Source: Chloroflexota bacterium
GTDB taxonomy: Bacteria > Chloroflexota > Dehalococcoidia > GIF9 > AB-539-J10
DNA: 64,000 bases
Reading direction: 5' to 3'
Assembly (NCBI GenBank): GCA_013388845.1
Contig: JACAEN010000026.1
Location: forward strand, 37,328-101,327
The notes under the pieces are model-generated. The model was not told the DNA's origin, ran no database searches, and saw only the letters and a list, made by a program, of their open reading frames with translations. Made by a program: the position numbers and the translations under genes. This document shows positions 1-10,822 of the stretch, piece by piece. Numbering within the stretch: the stretch's first letter is position 1; every line of letters starts with the position of its first letter.

Positions 1-207
1 CAATGATTACGGGGAGCGCAACAGGACTGTTGATTTAGTTGACATAATATATCCAGCGAACATTGTGTCGTAGCGATGAGACGCTGCTTTCTGGGGAAAA
101 ATTACGGGTGCTGGAAAGAAAGTGATAAAGTATTGAAGGGCATTTGCTAGCTTCTGCAGCATTGAAAGGATCAAGCAAAACCGGGAGGCGGGGGTAATAC
201 GCGCATC

Positions 208-1251
208 TCACGGATAAATGGCTAAAGCTTCCAGCCCTGTGTTTTCCGGCAGGTCGAACATCAGATTCATATTTTGCACCGCTTGCCCGGCTCCTCCCTT
301 GACAAGGTTGTCCAGACAGCTAATCACTATAAGCCTGTTTGTCTTCGAATCGATAGTGGGATAAATCAGGCAATAATTGGTTCCCCAGACGTGCTTGGTA
401 TGGGGAGGCTTGGTCGTTATTTGAACAAAGGGGGCATGTTTGTAGAACTGCCGGTATAGCTGGCTTAGCTTTTTTTCAGCCTTGGCGTCTTTGGGCAATT
501 TGTCGTCTCTTAATTTAGCATAGCAGGTGCTCAATATGCCTCTGGTCATGGGCACCAGGTGGGGCACAAAGGTTATCGAAGGAGAAAGTGTGGGATTGAG
601 CGCCTCCAGTTCCTGTTCTATTTCGGGCAAATGGCGATGTCCTTCCAGAGAGTAGGCACAGACATCCTCGTTGGCTTCGGAATAATGAGTGGTCAAGCTC
701 AGGGTTCTGCCAGCGCCTGAGACGCCTGATTTGCTATCCACCACTATATCGGGGTAAATAAGCCCTTCTTTGACCAGGGGTGCTAAGGCTAGGATAGCAC
801 TGGTGCTATAGCACCCCGGGTTTGCTACCAGCGAAGCCGAGGCAATTTTCTCCCGATGCAGCTCGGGCAAGCCAAAAACCGCCTCTTTTAATAGCTCGGG
901 CGAGGGATGAGTAAATCCATACCATTTGGGATATTCGTCAGCGTTCTTTAACCGGAAATCAGCGCTGGCGTCAACAACCCTGATTCCTTCTTTTAGCAAA
1001 GATGGCACTATATCTATACTGCTTTTATGTGGCATTGCTGAGAAGGCGATGTCGATCTCGCTATCAAGCTCGGCTTTTATTATGTAGTCGGTTCCTGCGA
1101 AATTTGGAAAGACATCGCCTAATCTTTGCCCGGCTGCGCTTCTCCCGGTAATGGTGACGAGCTTTACCCGGGGATGCTGGCAAAGTAGGCGAGCTAATTC
1201 AGCACCGATGTACCCCGTAACATTTATTATGCCTGCTTTTATTTGTGACAT
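208..1251 (-). CDS. argC: N-acetyl-gamma-glutamyl-phosphate reductase
   Basis: 347 aa. N-terminal NAD-binding GxxGxxG (INVTGYIGAEL), the ArgC active-site region (ANPGCYST), and full-length similarity to ArgC. TGA stop at 208-210. Confidence 0.9.
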   Translation of the reverse strand: MSQIKAGIINVTGYIGAELARLLCQHPRVKLVTITGRSAAGQRLGDVFPNFAGTDYIIKAELDSEIDIAFSAMPHKSSIDIVPSLLKEGIRVVDASADFRLKNADEYPKWYGFTHPSPELLKEAVFGLPELHREKIASASLVANPGCYSTSAILALAPLVKEGLIYPDIVVDSKSGVSGAGRTLSLTTHYSEANEDVCAYSLEGHRHLPEIEQELEALNPTLSPSITFVPHLVPMTRGILSTCYAKLRDDKLPKDAKAEKKLSQLYRQFYKHAPFVQITTKPPHTKHVWGTNYCLIYPTIDSKTNRLIVISCLDNLVKGGAGQAVQNMNLMFDLPENTGLEALAIYP

Positions 1252-1494
1252 AGGATGTTTTCCGCATTATACTACCATAATAAGTAATGTCAGGGAAACA
1301 ATAAAGTTGTTTACCAATCCCTCTCCCCCTTGTAGATTTAAGAGGGGCGTGGCCCCTCTCTTACCAGCACGTTCCCCTCACTTATTAAGGGAATGAGGCA
1401 GGGGGGATAGGTTGCTGAGCATCTCTAGCCCATTAGATTGTGTGATGATGTATAATATGTTGTAAGATACTACATAAAGGGGGAGTTTGGAGAC

Positions 1495-1914
1495 ATGAGG
1501 TTTGAAAGCAGCATCGACGTCAATGCCCCTGCCGAGAAAGTCTGGGCGCTGATAGACAAACTTGAAGAGTGGCCCCAATGGATGCCGTCTATCAAGAAGA
1601 TTGAGAGAGCCTCTAAGGAGCCTTTGGCAGTGGGCTCACAGCTTTTTGTCACAGCTAAGGTAAGCGGGCTTACGGTCAAATTATTGATGACGATTACGGA
1701 ATTTGTCCCAGAACGGACCGTGGTTCTCGAGGGGAAAGCCTTAGGCACTAAGTTAAGACGCTTTTACACTCTGGAACCTGTAAATGGCAAGACGAAGGTG
1801 ACCATTGGCGGCGATGTCTCTGGGGCTTTAGCCTGGCTAGCGTGCCGAGGTGGGCAAAAGGTGTCAGCAGAAATTGCCCAAGCGGCGAAGGAAAAGGTCG
1901 AAGGGACGGGGTAA
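1495..1914 (+). CDS. SRPBCC (polyketide cyclase/START-like) family protein
   Basis: 139 aa, Polyketide_cyc2-like N-terminus (MRFESSIDVNAPAEKVWALIDKLEEWPQWMP). A GGGAG RBS sits before the ATG. Divergent from argC. Confidence 0.6.
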   Translation: MRFESSIDVNAPAEKVWALIDKLEEWPQWMPSIKKIERASKEPLAVGSQLFVTAKVSGLTVKLLMTITEFVPERTVVLEGKALGTKLRRFYTLEPVNGKTKVTIGGDVSGALAWLACRGGQKVSAEIAQAAKEKVEGTG

Positions 1915-1991
1915 GTAATAGAGTTGCCCAATCTGCTTTGTTGGGCACGCAACGACAAAAAGGCAGGTGCCTGACGAGTTAGGTACTTGTC

Positions 1992-3407
1992 ATGATTTTG
2001 TTTACTCTATCTGGCTTCAGACTTGCTATGCGAGGGAAAACAAAAAGCTCTGTCAGTGTAGTCCCGCTCAATTGCGCTGATAAATGCCTGCTGGCCCTTG
2101 ATAGCATAGGCGAACGTATGTATATTCACGTAATTCTGGAGCTCGAAGGAGAGGTGGACCCTGTTAGATTGAATCAAGCGATTTCGTCGGCACAACGAGC
2201 TTATCCCGTTATGAGAACGATTTTGCGGAGCAAAAATTTCAGGACTTTTCGCGAGATACAAGAAGACCTTGGGAAGGGGGTTTTGAGCGTCACAGACTGT
2301 GCTCAGTTTCATGATACTGACCCCGAAGGCTATCTTACCTCTTGGATGAATCGGCCTTTCAACCTCTGGAAAGAGTTCCCTGTGAGGATCCTTCTATTGA
2401 AGAAAAATGAACGAGAATCCTCGCTAGTTTTCACATTTCATCATTCGGCGGCAGACGGACTCCGTGCCCTTCTGTTCATAAGGAGAGTGGTCGAGAGTTA
2501 CAACAATGAGTGTTCTAAGAATTGTGAGTCCTCGGAGGACATTCGCATCAATCGAAAAGGAGATGAATTGCTGGAATTTGCCCACAGCCAGAGGGCAAGG
2601 GTAGAACATTATTATAGGAAAATGCTTTGTAGTCTATTCTATCGCTTTGTTATAGCTGCTGTTCCTCCCCCGACGAGAGTTTTCCACGACAGACAGGGAC
2701 AGTCTAGAGAACTCGGTTTTTGTTTCAAAGTTGTAGGCCCCAGGGATTTCAAGCAAATCCAATCCAAAGCAAGGGCGGCTGGAGTCGAGTTAAATCACGT
2801 CTTTCTGGCAGCTTGTTACCGAACAGTGGAGAAGTGGAATAGCATGCATGGGAAGACCAGCAAAAAGATCCGTATAATGGCTCCCGTAAATATAAGCCCG
2901 AAGGGTTTTCGCTATGTTGTTTCCAATCAGGCGTCGTGGTTTTCGCTACCTACCAAGCCCCAGGACAGAGCTGACCCCATAAAGCTATTGAGGAAAGTAA
3001 GAGCAGATACTATAGACGCAACGAGGAATAGAATAGCCTTCTCTTTGGTTTACTTCTTCTACTTTTGCTCTCGCTTTCCTCTATTTGTTATGAAGTGGAT
3101 GTGCCACTTCTTGATGATTACCCGCACATATGTTGATAGTATTCTCTTTACCAATGTTGGCTTCATCTGGCCCAAATTAGGCTCTGAAGAGCCGGCAGTG
3201 AGGAAAATAGGTGACGCTAAAATACTCAATATTACTGGCTCAGCACCGGTGGTGACTCCTATGGGGCTGAGCATCGCCTCCGGCACCTATAACAAACATC
3301 TAAATTTCTCTCTCAGTTACAGGCCCGCTATGTTCTCCGCAGAAAAAGCTCAGAAGTTCCTAGACCTATACCTCGGAGAGATTAAGAGCTATCAGGTTGG
3401 TGCGTAG
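1992..3407 (+). CDS. condensation-domain acyltransferase (HHxxxDG; WS/DGAT- or PapA5-like)
   Basis: 471 aa with an HHSAADG motif at ~aa 150, and a size and motif spacing typical of WS/DGAT or a stand-alone C-domain. The start is uncertain: 1992, or the ATG at 2028 (MRGKTKSS...). Confidence 0.55.
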   Translation: MILFTLSGFRLAMRGKTKSSVSVVPLNCADKCLLALDSIGERMYIHVILELEGEVDPVRLNQAISSAQRAYPVMRTILRSKNFRTFREIQEDLGKGVLSVTDCAQFHDTDPEGYLTSWMNRPFNLWKEFPVRILLLKKNERESSLVFTFHHSAADGLRALLFIRRVVESYNNECSKNCESSEDIRINRKGDELLEFAHSQRARVEHYYRKMLCSLFYRFVIAAVPPPTRVFHDRQGQSRELGFCFKVVGPRDFKQIQSKARAAGVELNHVFLAACYRTVEKWNSMHGKTSKKIRIMAPVNISPKGFRYVVSNQASWFSLPTKPQDRADPIKLLRKVRADTIDATRNRIAFSLVYFFYFCSRFPLFVMKWMCHFLMITRTYVDSILFTNVGFIWPKLGSEEPAVRKIGDAKILNITGSAPVVTPMGLSIASGTYNKHLNFSLSYRPAMFSAEKAQKFLDLYLGEIKSYQVGA

Positions 3408-3413
3408 AGCCTA

Positions 3414-4718
3414 ATGACAGTAGCGCTGGTAAAATTCAATGGCTCCCTGGATTCGCTTCGTGATGCTATCGAACTCTGTGACGGGTTTGGGAAGCTGCGC
3501 AAGAATGACAGAGTCTTGATAAAACCCAATAACTGTTTCCGACACAAAATAATGCCTCCTTATGGGATGGTGACTACGTCCTGGATTATAGACGGCGTCG
3601 TACAATTGTTGTTTGAATTTGGTTGCTACGATATTTCCATTGGTGAAGGTGCCATCATCGGTATATTTGATGAGCTTGAGCCGTATACGAAACGAGGTTT
3701 CAAAGGCACGGGCATTGACAGGATAGCGAAAAAATATGGAGTTAAACTGATTGATTTCAATAAGGGTGCTTTCCATGAGCTAGATTTAGAGGGGATAAAA
3801 GTCCAGGTCTCCAAAGTAGCCTTAGACACAGACTTTTTCATAAATATCCCCGTGCTCAAGACTCATTTTCAAGCCAAGGTCTCCTTGGGTTTCAAGAATC
3901 TGAAGGGTTGCCTCAGTCAGGACTCAAAAAGGAGATTTCATATTAGCAAGCGACTGGACACCCTAATTTGCCTTTTAAACGAAGCTATCAAGAGCGACTT
4001 GGTCATAATTGATGGTATCTATATGCTGGAGAAAGGGCCGGAGACTCTTGTGGGTGTAGCCCATCGCAAGGATTTGCTCATAGCCAGCCCGGACGTATTC
4101 GAGTGCGATGTTGTGGGGGCCACAATCTTAGGGATTGACCCGGCACAGGTGGACTATCTGAAAGAATTTGCCCGCAGACATGATCGCTCCTTTGATATCA
4201 GTGCGATTCAAATTAAAGGAGAGGCTATAGAATCTGTGAAGGAGCAGCTTGAATGGCGCTTTGAGCCAGACCAGGAGTTGCTCACGCCGGCCGGGGTAAC
4301 AGGGCTTTCCGCTCCTCATCCAGGGCAGACTCTTTGTTCCGCTTGTGGTGCCACGCTTGCTCTGGCGTTATCAATATTCGCCAAAGATAATCCTGGTACG
4401 GATTTTGGCGGTGTAGCGTTCTATTATGGGCTGGGATTGGAGCCGCAAGAAGATACTCCAAAGGTCATCCTTTACGGCGATTGTGCCATCGGAAGTAACA
4501 AGGGTTTGCAGAATGCCATCAAAATAAGGGGATGTCCGCCTACACTGACTAAGACTCTATTGGCCTTGATGAAAACCCTTCTTAGTAAGCCCAGAATGCG
4601 GAGGATGCTGTTCGTACAAGCCGCAAGATTGATTGGGATAAGGCTCGGGGTCGGCTCGGAGATTTTTCCTAGATGGAAGCGATACCGGTCAAAAGAATTC
4701 GACAGGACCCACTTTTGA
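3414..4718 (+). CDS. DUF362 domain protein (putative Fe-S protein) with Cys-rich C-terminal extension
   Basis: 434 aa. DUF362 hallmarks (RVLIKPNN..., NIPVLKTHFQAKVSLGFKN) plus a C-terminal CSACGA...C...C region. It starts 7 nt after the condensation gene stop. Confidence 0.6.
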   Translation: MTVALVKFNGSLDSLRDAIELCDGFGKLRKNDRVLIKPNNCFRHKIMPPYGMVTTSWIIDGVVQLLFEFGCYDISIGEGAIIGIFDELEPYTKRGFKGTGIDRIAKKYGVKLIDFNKGAFHELDLEGIKVQVSKVALDTDFFINIPVLKTHFQAKVSLGFKNLKGCLSQDSKRRFHISKRLDTLICLLNEAIKSDLVIIDGIYMLEKGPETLVGVAHRKDLLIASPDVFECDVVGATILGIDPAQVDYLKEFARRHDRSFDISAIQIKGEAIESVKEQLEWRFEPDQELLTPAGVTGLSAPHPGQTLCSACGATLALALSIFAKDNPGTDFGGVAFYYGLGLEPQEDTPKVILYGDCAIGSNKGLQNAIKIRGCPPTLTKTLLALMKTLLSKPRMRRMLFVQAARLIGIRLGVGSEIFPRWKRYRSKEFDRTHF

Positions 4719-4843
4719 GGAAAATTCTAAGCACTAAATACGAAATACTAAACAATATCAAAACAATAATGCCCAAAATCTGTAAAAGGCTTTGATATTG
4801 GAATTTGGAAATTGGGATTTGTTTAGAATTTCGTGCTTGGGAT
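4719..4843. repeat. AAATCC/GGATTT-rich inverted-repeat (MITE-like) element, copy A
   Basis: The left arm ..cactaaatacgaaatactaaacaat.. and the right arm ..ggaatttggaaattgggatttgtttagaatttcgtgcttgggatttaggatttgtc.. are mutually inverted. The same motifs recur at 28975-29160 and 50230-50350, each time at gene 3' ends. Confidence 0.35.
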
Positions 4844-5413
4844 TTAGGATTTGTCGAGGATTACCCATTCGACTTGGTTCTCGTTTTTGAGGACGGATAT
4901 GATGTGGTTATCGTACCTTAGTTGCTCCACTAGGGAAATTTGCCCCTTGTAGTCTAAAATAATATGGTTCTCATCCGGAACTGATACTATCCGACAAGTC
5001 TTCAACCCGCTTATGCCAACCCCCACCGCCTTCAGAACCGCTTCTTTCGCTGTCCAATAACGGAAAAATGTGTCCCAGGACTTCTCTGTTAGCTCCCATT
5101 CTTGGTCACTTGCCAGATAAGCAAAGAGCGATTCAGTCCGGGGCTTCATTTCTTCGACATCAATACCGACCCTGTCCTTGCTAACCACTGCCGCCACATA
5201 CTTCGGTTTATGGGAGAGAGACCAATAATTGCCATCAATCGGGCGGGGGACGCCATTTTCGTCTTGGTGCAGTTCTCCCAGCCTCACCCCACTTTTTTCG
5301 GCACTCAGTTTTAGCGCCTCTCGAGCAATCTGGCTTAGACGGTCTACCTTTTCTTCTCCTGAGGCTTTATGTGCGGCTTCGCCAACCGGCATAACTACTG
5401 GAAATAGAGTCAT
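4844..5413 (-). CDS. 4'-phosphopantetheinyl transferase (Sfp-type)
   Basis: 189 aa with the [12 protein letters not shown] PPTase signature and VGIDVEEM. Its start overlaps the fabI stop (ATGA). Confidence 0.75.
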   Translation of the reverse strand: MTLFPVVMPVGEAAHKASGEEKVDRLSQIAREALKLSAEKSGVRLGELHQDENGVPRPIDGNYWSLSHKPKYVAAVVSKDRVGIDVEEMKPRTESLFAYLASDQEWELTEKSWDTFFRYWTAKEAVLKAVGVGISGLKTCRIVSVPDENHIILDYKGQISLVEQLRYDNHIISVLKNENQVEWVILDKS

Positions 5414-6222
5414 GGGCTTATTGGACCCCTTAGTGCTTTCTTAATGGTATCCTTATCGAAGTAGTTAACCGACATCCCGGCATCGACGATAATACCCTGG
5501 GCATTGATGCCACTGGATCGCTCGCTTAACAGAAATGCCACTGTGTTGGCTACTTCCTTGGTGGTCAGAGCTTTTTTGCGCAAGGTTAATTGTTCTGCGA
5601 ACAGATAGTAATCTAGGTATCCGGGTATCCCGGCGGATGCCGAGGTTTTTAATAGCCCAGCGTTGACGGAATTAAATCGGATTTGGGAAAAAGAACTGAA
5701 AGATTTAGCCAGGAAACAGATGGTCGAGTCCAGGGCAGCCTTTACCGGAGCCATGAAGCCATATGGTTCGGCTGCCATTTTGGTGGTTGAGATGGAGATA
5801 GTAACTACGGATGCTTTTTCGTCAAGCAGGTCTTTAAACGCATTGGCAATAGCGATCAGGGAATAGCAAGAAATGTCAACTGACTGCAGGAAGTCTTTCT
5901 TTTTTGTTTCGTGAAACGGCTTGACTCCTCCTTCGTAATTGGCAAAAGCTATGGAATGAACGATGCCGTGGAGTTTGGGATACTTTTTGGCGACATCTTC
6001 GGCTAGTTTCTTGATTTCCTCCTCGTGTTCGACGTCACACACGAAAATATCAGCACCAGGCAGGATTTTGGAAACGCTCTCCTTTCTAGCCTCTGACCGA
6101 ACGCTGTAGACTACATTTGCCTTGGCTTCAGAAAGAACCTCTCCCACCGAGAAGGCGACGCTCTTCTTGTTAGCTACGCCAAAAACCAGGAAGGTCTTAT
6201 TCTGAATGTCTGGGAAATCCAT
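5410..6222 (-). CDS. enoyl-[ACP] reductase, FabI-like SDR
   Basis: FabI-like N-terminus ([16 protein letters not shown]), a Y..M..K catalytic region ([13 protein letters not shown]), and LLSERSSGI. Start moved to the ATG at 6222, which is preceded by an AAGGAG RBS; the track start 6252 lacks an RBS. Confidence 0.7.
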   Translation of the reverse strand: MDFPDIQNKTFLVFGVANKKSVAFSVGEVLSEAKANVVYSVRSEARKESVSKILPGADIFVCDVEHEEEIKKLAEDVAKKYPKLHGIVHSIAFANYEGGVKPFHETKKKDFLQSVDISCYSLIAIANAFKDLLDEKASVVTISISTTKMAAEPYGFMAPVKAALDSTICFLAKSFSSFSQIRFNSVNAGLLKTSASAGIPGYLDYYLFAEQLTLRKKALTTKEVANTVAFLLSERSSGINAQGIIVDAGMSVNYFDKDTIKKALRGPISP

Positions 6223-6260
6223 GTGACGCTCCTTATTATACCTCCCAGTCATATAACGTG

Positions 6261-6701
6261 TTAGGATGCCTCTTTAGCCAAGGTGACGGTAAACTCGACT
6301 GTGACCGAGGTCTTGCCGCCAACCGAGGCTTTGCCCTTCATATAATAGGCATTGCTGATTTTTTCGACTAACTCTGCTTCAATATCCAAGGTGCTGCCGG
6401 GCCTGACGATATTTTTGAACTTGGCGTTATTAATTCGGGTGAGGACAGGAATGCCGCCACTGAGACCGCCCATCATTTTCGAAAGCAAGATGGCGCCTGT
6501 CTGGAAGATGGATTCACAGATAAGTGCCCCAGGCATGATGGGCTGACCGGGATAGTGTCCCTGGAAGACCGGGTCATCGGGCTTTATCTCTTTCACTGTT
6601 TTAATTTTCGTTCCGCTTATTTCCACGATTTTATCAACAAATAGAAACGGTGGGCGATGGGGTATGGCGTTGAGAACCTCTTCCATCTCATAGTCCTCCA
6701 C
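6261..6701 (-). CDS. 3-hydroxyacyl-ACP dehydratase (FabZ-like hot-dog)
   Basis: 146 aa with HRPPFLFVD....[11 protein letters not shown], the classic FabZ/FabA motif. It overlaps the fabG stop. Confidence 0.75.
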   Translation of the reverse strand: MEDYEMEEVLNAIPHRPPFLFVDKIVEISGTKIKTVKEIKPDDPVFQGHYPGQPIMPGALICESIFQTGAILLSKMMGGLSGGIPVLTRINNAKFKNIVRPGSTLDIEAELVEKISNAYYMKGKASVGGKTSVTVEFTVTLAKEAS

Positions 6702-7428
6702 TTACTTCAAGAACAGAACCGGTAACGTAGGATGCTTCTTTAGAAGCCAGGAAAAGTACACAAGCAGCTACTTCCTCGGCGTTTCCGAATCTCTTCATGG
6801 GAATCCTGGCCAGGTAAGCTTCACGCAATTTATCCGGAAGGTCCTGGATGAGTTCGGTGGCGATAAATCCCGGAGAGACGCAATTAACCGTAATGCCCCG
6901 AGTGGCGACCTCTTTAGACAACGCTTTGGTCAGGGCAACCAACCCGGCTTTGGAAGCGGCATAGTTGGCCTGGCCTTCGAAGGCGTATCTTTCCATTACA
7001 GAGCTTATGTTGATAATTCGTCCATATCGTTTCCGCATCATGTTCATGACAGCGAATTTGCACATGTAAAAGATGCCGGTGAGATTGACGTTCATCACAT
7101 CATGCCAGTCCGACTCTTTCATCATCGCCAGGACGGAGTCCTTACGGATGCCAGCGTTGTTCACCAGGATTTCAAAGCCTCCGTATTTGCTGTCTATATA
7201 TTTGAAAAACCTTTCCACCTCTTCATATTTGCTGACGTCAAGCTTCTGAACATTAAGGTTTTCGGCGAACTGGCTGTTGTCTTGTTTGAATTTGGCGGCT
7301 GCTGCTTCGTTGGTCAGATAGGTGGCAATAACTTTCGCACCTGACGTCAGGAAGCTCTCAGCGATGGTTTTGCCTATTCCTCTGGTGCCACCGGTAACGA
7401 TAACAGTCTGTCCTTTAAAATCATGCAT
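6688..7428 (-). CDS. fabG: 3-oxoacyl-ACP reductase FabG (SDR)
   Basis: 246 aa with TGGTRGIGKTIAE, an NNAG, and YxxxK (YAASKAG). Confidence 0.8.
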   Translation of the reverse strand: MHDFKGQTVIVTGGTRGIGKTIAESFLTSGAKVIATYLTNEAAAAKFKQDNSQFAENLNVQKLDVSKYEEVERFFKYIDSKYGGFEILVNNAGIRKDSVLAMMKESDWHDVMNVNLTGIFYMCKFAVMNMMRKRYGRIINISSVMERYAFEGQANYAASKAGLVALTKALSKEVATRGITVNCVSPGFIATELIQDLPDKLREAYLARIPMKRFGNAEEVAACVLFLASKEASYVTGSVLEVSGGL

Positions 7429-7445
7429 TTGGTAACTCCCCTAAC

Positions 7446-7466
7446 CCCCTCTTATCTTAAGAGGGG
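7446..7466. repeat. perfect 8-bp-stem hairpin repeat ccctctta-tct-taagaggg (copy 1)
   Basis: It lies between the CrtI-like #1 stop and the fabG start. An identical 19-mer recurs at 8981-8999, with the shared flank gaact. Confidence 0.5.
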
Positions 7467-7470
7467 AACT

Positions 7471-8889
7471 TCAACGGACGCCCCCTGCTGAAAGAAATTT
7501 ATCTACATCATTGGCGACGATTACTCCGTAATTGGCTGCGCCCAGCCAACCTGACATAATAATCCCAACGGACCCAGTGTGAAAAAGTCCCGCTACCTCT
7601 TTAGAAAGCCCCATGCTGATTTTCAAGCCTTCAAATTTGGTGCCAAAGGATGCGCCATTTAAATGGAGCGTATACCTTTGAAAAGTCCTGGGAGTAGCAG
7701 CTTCCAAGTGGTCTACTTTATCTCGAATCTTAGGAACATATTTTTCCAGAGCATCAAGCGTTCGTTGAATCAATTCTTCCTTAGAGGCTCGGTATTCTTC
7801 TTCCGATAGGTTTGCCCAGTCGTGGTAATTGGCGTGAGCAGAGGCGACAATGGAGTACATATCGGAGCCTGGCCGGGTCTGGGGATAATAGATGGAGAAC
7901 GACCGGCTGGTAGTGTTTTTGCTGCAGAGTTCCTGCGGGTCGAATTTCTCTGCCTCCGAGGTAAAGAGTAAATCCCCAATGTAGTCAATCTTCTCGCCCT
8001 TTTTGATGCTGATATAGACTTGGCAAGTGCTGTTATTGAGACGCACCTTCTTGGCCTCTTTAAGGAAGCTTTGGGAAAAGTATTCGTCTCCGACCAGTTT
8101 ATGGATGGTTGATAATAGATTACCGTTGGAGACAACTGCCTTGCTCTTGATCATATTTCCGTTTGCTATTACCCCGACAGCTTTTCTATCTTTGACTACA
8201 ATCTTTTCCACCAGGCACTTAGTTCGAATATCAACGCCATTTCTTAGAAGTTCTTCCTGCATTTTTCCAATAAACTGGTCAGTTCCCCCTCGAACAGTAT
8301 AAACACCCTTGCTCATGAAGTTGGAAAACACAATTCCATAAGTTATGGCAGGGTCATCCGGGGTTGACCCGTTGGCATAGGCAATCGGCTCCATTAACAG
8401 GCGGTGAACATCATCATGACCAGGGAAAAATTCTTCCAAGAATTGTCTGGTGGTCATGCTTGGGTCATCGTAGAAATTCATGCTTCTGGCTGTGTCGAAA
8501 AAGGCTTCAATATTCTCTTGGGGTATCTTAAACCGCTGCTCCAGGATGCGTGTGAAATCCTCCCGGTCGTAGGTTGTGGTAAAGGAGAACTGGGGGTTGT
8601 CAAATCTGATCCCTTTGAGTTGAACAATCATGCTAGCAATTTCCGGGCTCCAATATTTACGGCAGGTTTTAATCATGCCAACGGGAAATCCGTGCAAAGC
8701 GACATCAAAGATATGCTCCTTTCTTTTGAACCAGGTAGCCAAGCCACCAAGCTTGGAATGCTGCTCAAGAAGTAGGACTGAGTATCCTCCTTTAGCCAGC
8801 ATATTGGCACATGTCAATCCTGCCAGTCCACCGCCGATGACGATGACATCGTATTCCAGCTTTATCTCTTTTGCCCAATCCTGGCTCAT
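7471..8889 (-). CDS. FAD-dependent oxidoreductase, phytoene desaturase (CrtI)/amine-oxidase family, paralog 1
   Basis: 472 aa with an N-terminal [12 protein letters not shown]...E....GG Rossmann motif and the CrtI-like length. It is a paralog of 9050..10435 (shared LSEEEY(R/K)A.K motif). Confidence 0.7.
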   Translation of the reverse strand: MSQDWAKEIKLEYDVIVIGGGLAGLTCANMLAKGGYSVLLLEQHSKLGGLATWFKRKEHIFDVALHGFPVGMIKTCRKYWSPEIASMIVQLKGIRFDNPQFSFTTTYDREDFTRILEQRFKIPQENIEAFFDTARSMNFYDDPSMTTRQFLEEFFPGHDDVHRLLMEPIAYANGSTPDDPAITYGIVFSNFMSKGVYTVRGGTDQFIGKMQEELLRNGVDIRTKCLVEKIVVKDRKAVGVIANGNMIKSKAVVSNGNLLSTIHKLVGDEYFSQSFLKEAKKVRLNNSTCQVYISIKKGEKIDYIGDLLFTSEAEKFDPQELCSKNTTSRSFSIYYPQTRPGSDMYSIVASAHANYHDWANLSEEEYRASKEELIQRTLDALEKYVPKIRDKVDHLEAATPRTFQRYTLHLNGASFGTKFEGLKISMGLSKEVAGLFHTGSVGIIMSGWLGAANYGVIVANDVDKFLSAGGVR

Positions 8890-8980
8890 ATGTTTTCCTT
8901 AAGTACTCGCATTTTGTAGCCTCTTTCCTTCATAACTCCCGCCGATTGCATCGGCATCCTCGACAGAGTCGGGACCTTGC

Positions 8981-8999
8981 CCCTCTTATCTTAAGAGGG
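8981..8999. repeat. perfect hairpin repeat ccctctta-tct-taagaggg (copy 2)
   Basis: It lies between the CrtI-like #2 stop and the CrtI-like #1 start, and is identical to 7447-7465. Confidence 0.5.
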
Positions 9000-9049
9000 A
9001 GAACTGTGATAAACCTAACTGTTACTGGATTTTAACATTTGGATTTTGA

Positions 9050-10435
9050 CTATGTCTTCTGTAGGACGTGAAGATTGGCCATGGAAATGCCACTCAGTAT
9101 GGCTCCCACGATTCCCAGAAATCCCTGGTCTGTGCCACAGATAAATAGATTATCCAGATGAGTCCTCCCTGTTTTGATTTTGCTTGGCGTTCCATAGACT
9201 GCGCCATTTATGTGGCCGGTGAATCTGTGGATTGTTTTGGGAGTAAAGATATCAGTAAAGATAATGGAATCGCGGAAGTCGGGGACAAAGTTCACCACTT
9301 CTTTGAGCGTGGTTTGCAACCAGGCGGCTTTCTGGGCTTTGTACTCTTCTTCACTTAATTTGTTCCAGAGCTCAAAGTTGGCTAAATTGGTTATCCTAAT
9401 TATGCCCTCCGGCAAAGGAGTTTCAAATTGAAAATTATTGGGGCAGCAGATAACGCCACTGGAGACGTCGACCAGCTCGTCCGGTTTTCGGTAATCAAAT
9501 CTATCCGAATTGTTGTAAAAGGTTATGGTTGTGTCATAACCCATTTTGGCAGGTTCCTTACCCAGGACCATAATAGACTCCATACATGAGATTTGACCCA
9601 CATCGTGGTTAAAACTTGCAGAATCGTAATCCGACAAAAGCCTCATGGTTTCAACATAGCCAGCGGATGATAGTATCCTGTCGGCTGTCAACACCTCGCC
9701 ATTTTCGAGCTGGATCGATTGAACTCTGCCGTTAGCGCACTCTAGACTTGTTACGGCACAGCGCATCCTTAACTCGCCGCCACAGGCCTTATATTTCCTT
9801 ACTAGCACGTCGAGAATTTGGCGGGCCCCGGCTCGAGGTCGAGCAAAACCTTCACAGAAGATGCTTTTGAACATGGTAACAAACTGTGCGAACTCCATGT
9901 CGTTCTCCTGGGCATTCCCGTAAAACATAAGCGGGCAGAAAATCATATCACTGAGGAGCGGGTCGGTGATAATGGAGCCGACAACTTCACGGGCCGAAAT
10001 CGGTTTGGCATACAGGTTCAGTTCATCATATTCGAAAATGGTCTTAAGCAGTCTTAGGAAGTTGTCAGCTTGTCTAGGAAAATTATCAACTACCTCCTGG
10101 ACGAAGAAGTCGAAGTTGTTATTAAACCTGAGGGTTTTGCCCGGGAATTTGATTACTGACATTTGTTGCGGACATAAGGCGAAATCTTCAGCTTTTAGCT
10201 TGAGCTGTCGGAGCAACTTGGGCAGTGGTGCTAGTTTAACACCTTTGGGGACATAATTAGTCATGGCATGGAGCCCCACATCGAATTTCCGCCCCCCAAG
10301 GTTGTAAAAAGAATTGAGACCTCCAACACGATAATGCTTTTCCACGATGCAGACCCTTTTGCCGTAGTAGGCTAATCTAATGCCGGCGGCAAGGCCAGAC
10401 ATTCCCGCACCGATAATTAGAACATCGTAATGCAT
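9050..10435 (-). CDS. FAD-dependent oxidoreductase, phytoene desaturase (CrtI)/amine-oxidase family, paralog 2
   Basis: 461 aa with MHYDVLIIGAGMSGLAAG...E....GG, and a C-terminal GTDQGFLGIVGA typical of the CrtI family. Confidence 0.7.
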   Translation of the reverse strand: MHYDVLIIGAGMSGLAAGIRLAYYGKRVCIVEKHYRVGGLNSFYNLGGRKFDVGLHAMTNYVPKGVKLAPLPKLLRQLKLKAEDFALCPQQMSVIKFPGKTLRFNNNFDFFVQEVVDNFPRQADNFLRLLKTIFEYDELNLYAKPISAREVVGSIITDPLLSDMIFCPLMFYGNAQENDMEFAQFVTMFKSIFCEGFARPRAGARQILDVLVRKYKACGGELRMRCAVTSLECANGRVQSIQLENGEVLTADRILSSAGYVETMRLLSDYDSASFNHDVGQISCMESIMVLGKEPAKMGYDTTITFYNNSDRFDYRKPDELVDVSSGVICCPNNFQFETPLPEGIIRITNLANFELWNKLSEEEYKAQKAAWLQTTLKEVVNFVPDFRDSIIFTDIFTPKTIHRFTGHINGAVYGTPSKIKTGRTHLDNLFICGTDQGFLGIVGAILSGISMANLHVLQKT

Positions 10436-10532
10436 GGTCAGGCTCTTCTTCAGAATAGAAGGCTAATCTAAACCTGCTATCCTCGGGAAAATGAATAGAA
10501 ACTTGCGTTCTTCAGCTTACCCACACTAACGG

Positions 10533-10784
10533 TTAAAGTTTTCTCATCCGGGGCTCTAGATAAACTACGGAGCTATCCAATGTGGCTAGATGTACATAGT
10601 CATCCTCGGGTACTTCGATACCGTAGCGCTTTCGCAGCTCCATAATAATGTCTAGGAAGTCCATGGAGTCCAGTTCCACTTGTTCTCGTATCGGGATATC
10701 ACCCTTAAGATTACTTAGATCTTCGTCGGGTATGATTTGGGCTATGATTTCCAGAATTGTGTCTCTAATTTGCTCCTTGGTCAT
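10533..10784 (-). CDS. acyl carrier protein (dedicated)
   Basis: 83 aa. A ~75-aa ACP fold with the Ser attachment site in the variant ELDSMDFLD motif. Confidence 0.75.
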   Translation of the reverse strand: MTKEQIRDTILEIIAQIIPDEDLSNLKGDIPIREQVELDSMDFLDIIMELRKRYGIEVPEDDYVHLATLDSSVVYLEPRMRKL

Positions 10785-10822
10785 ATACCCCCCATTTGTC
10801 TATTTCAAGAATGCTTTCAGCG

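Noticed and set aside
1992-2027. Alternative shorter start (ATG 2028) for the condensation-domain gene
   Set aside because: Neither start has a clearly superior RBS. The longer ORF was kept and the ambiguity flagged rather than calling a separate feature.
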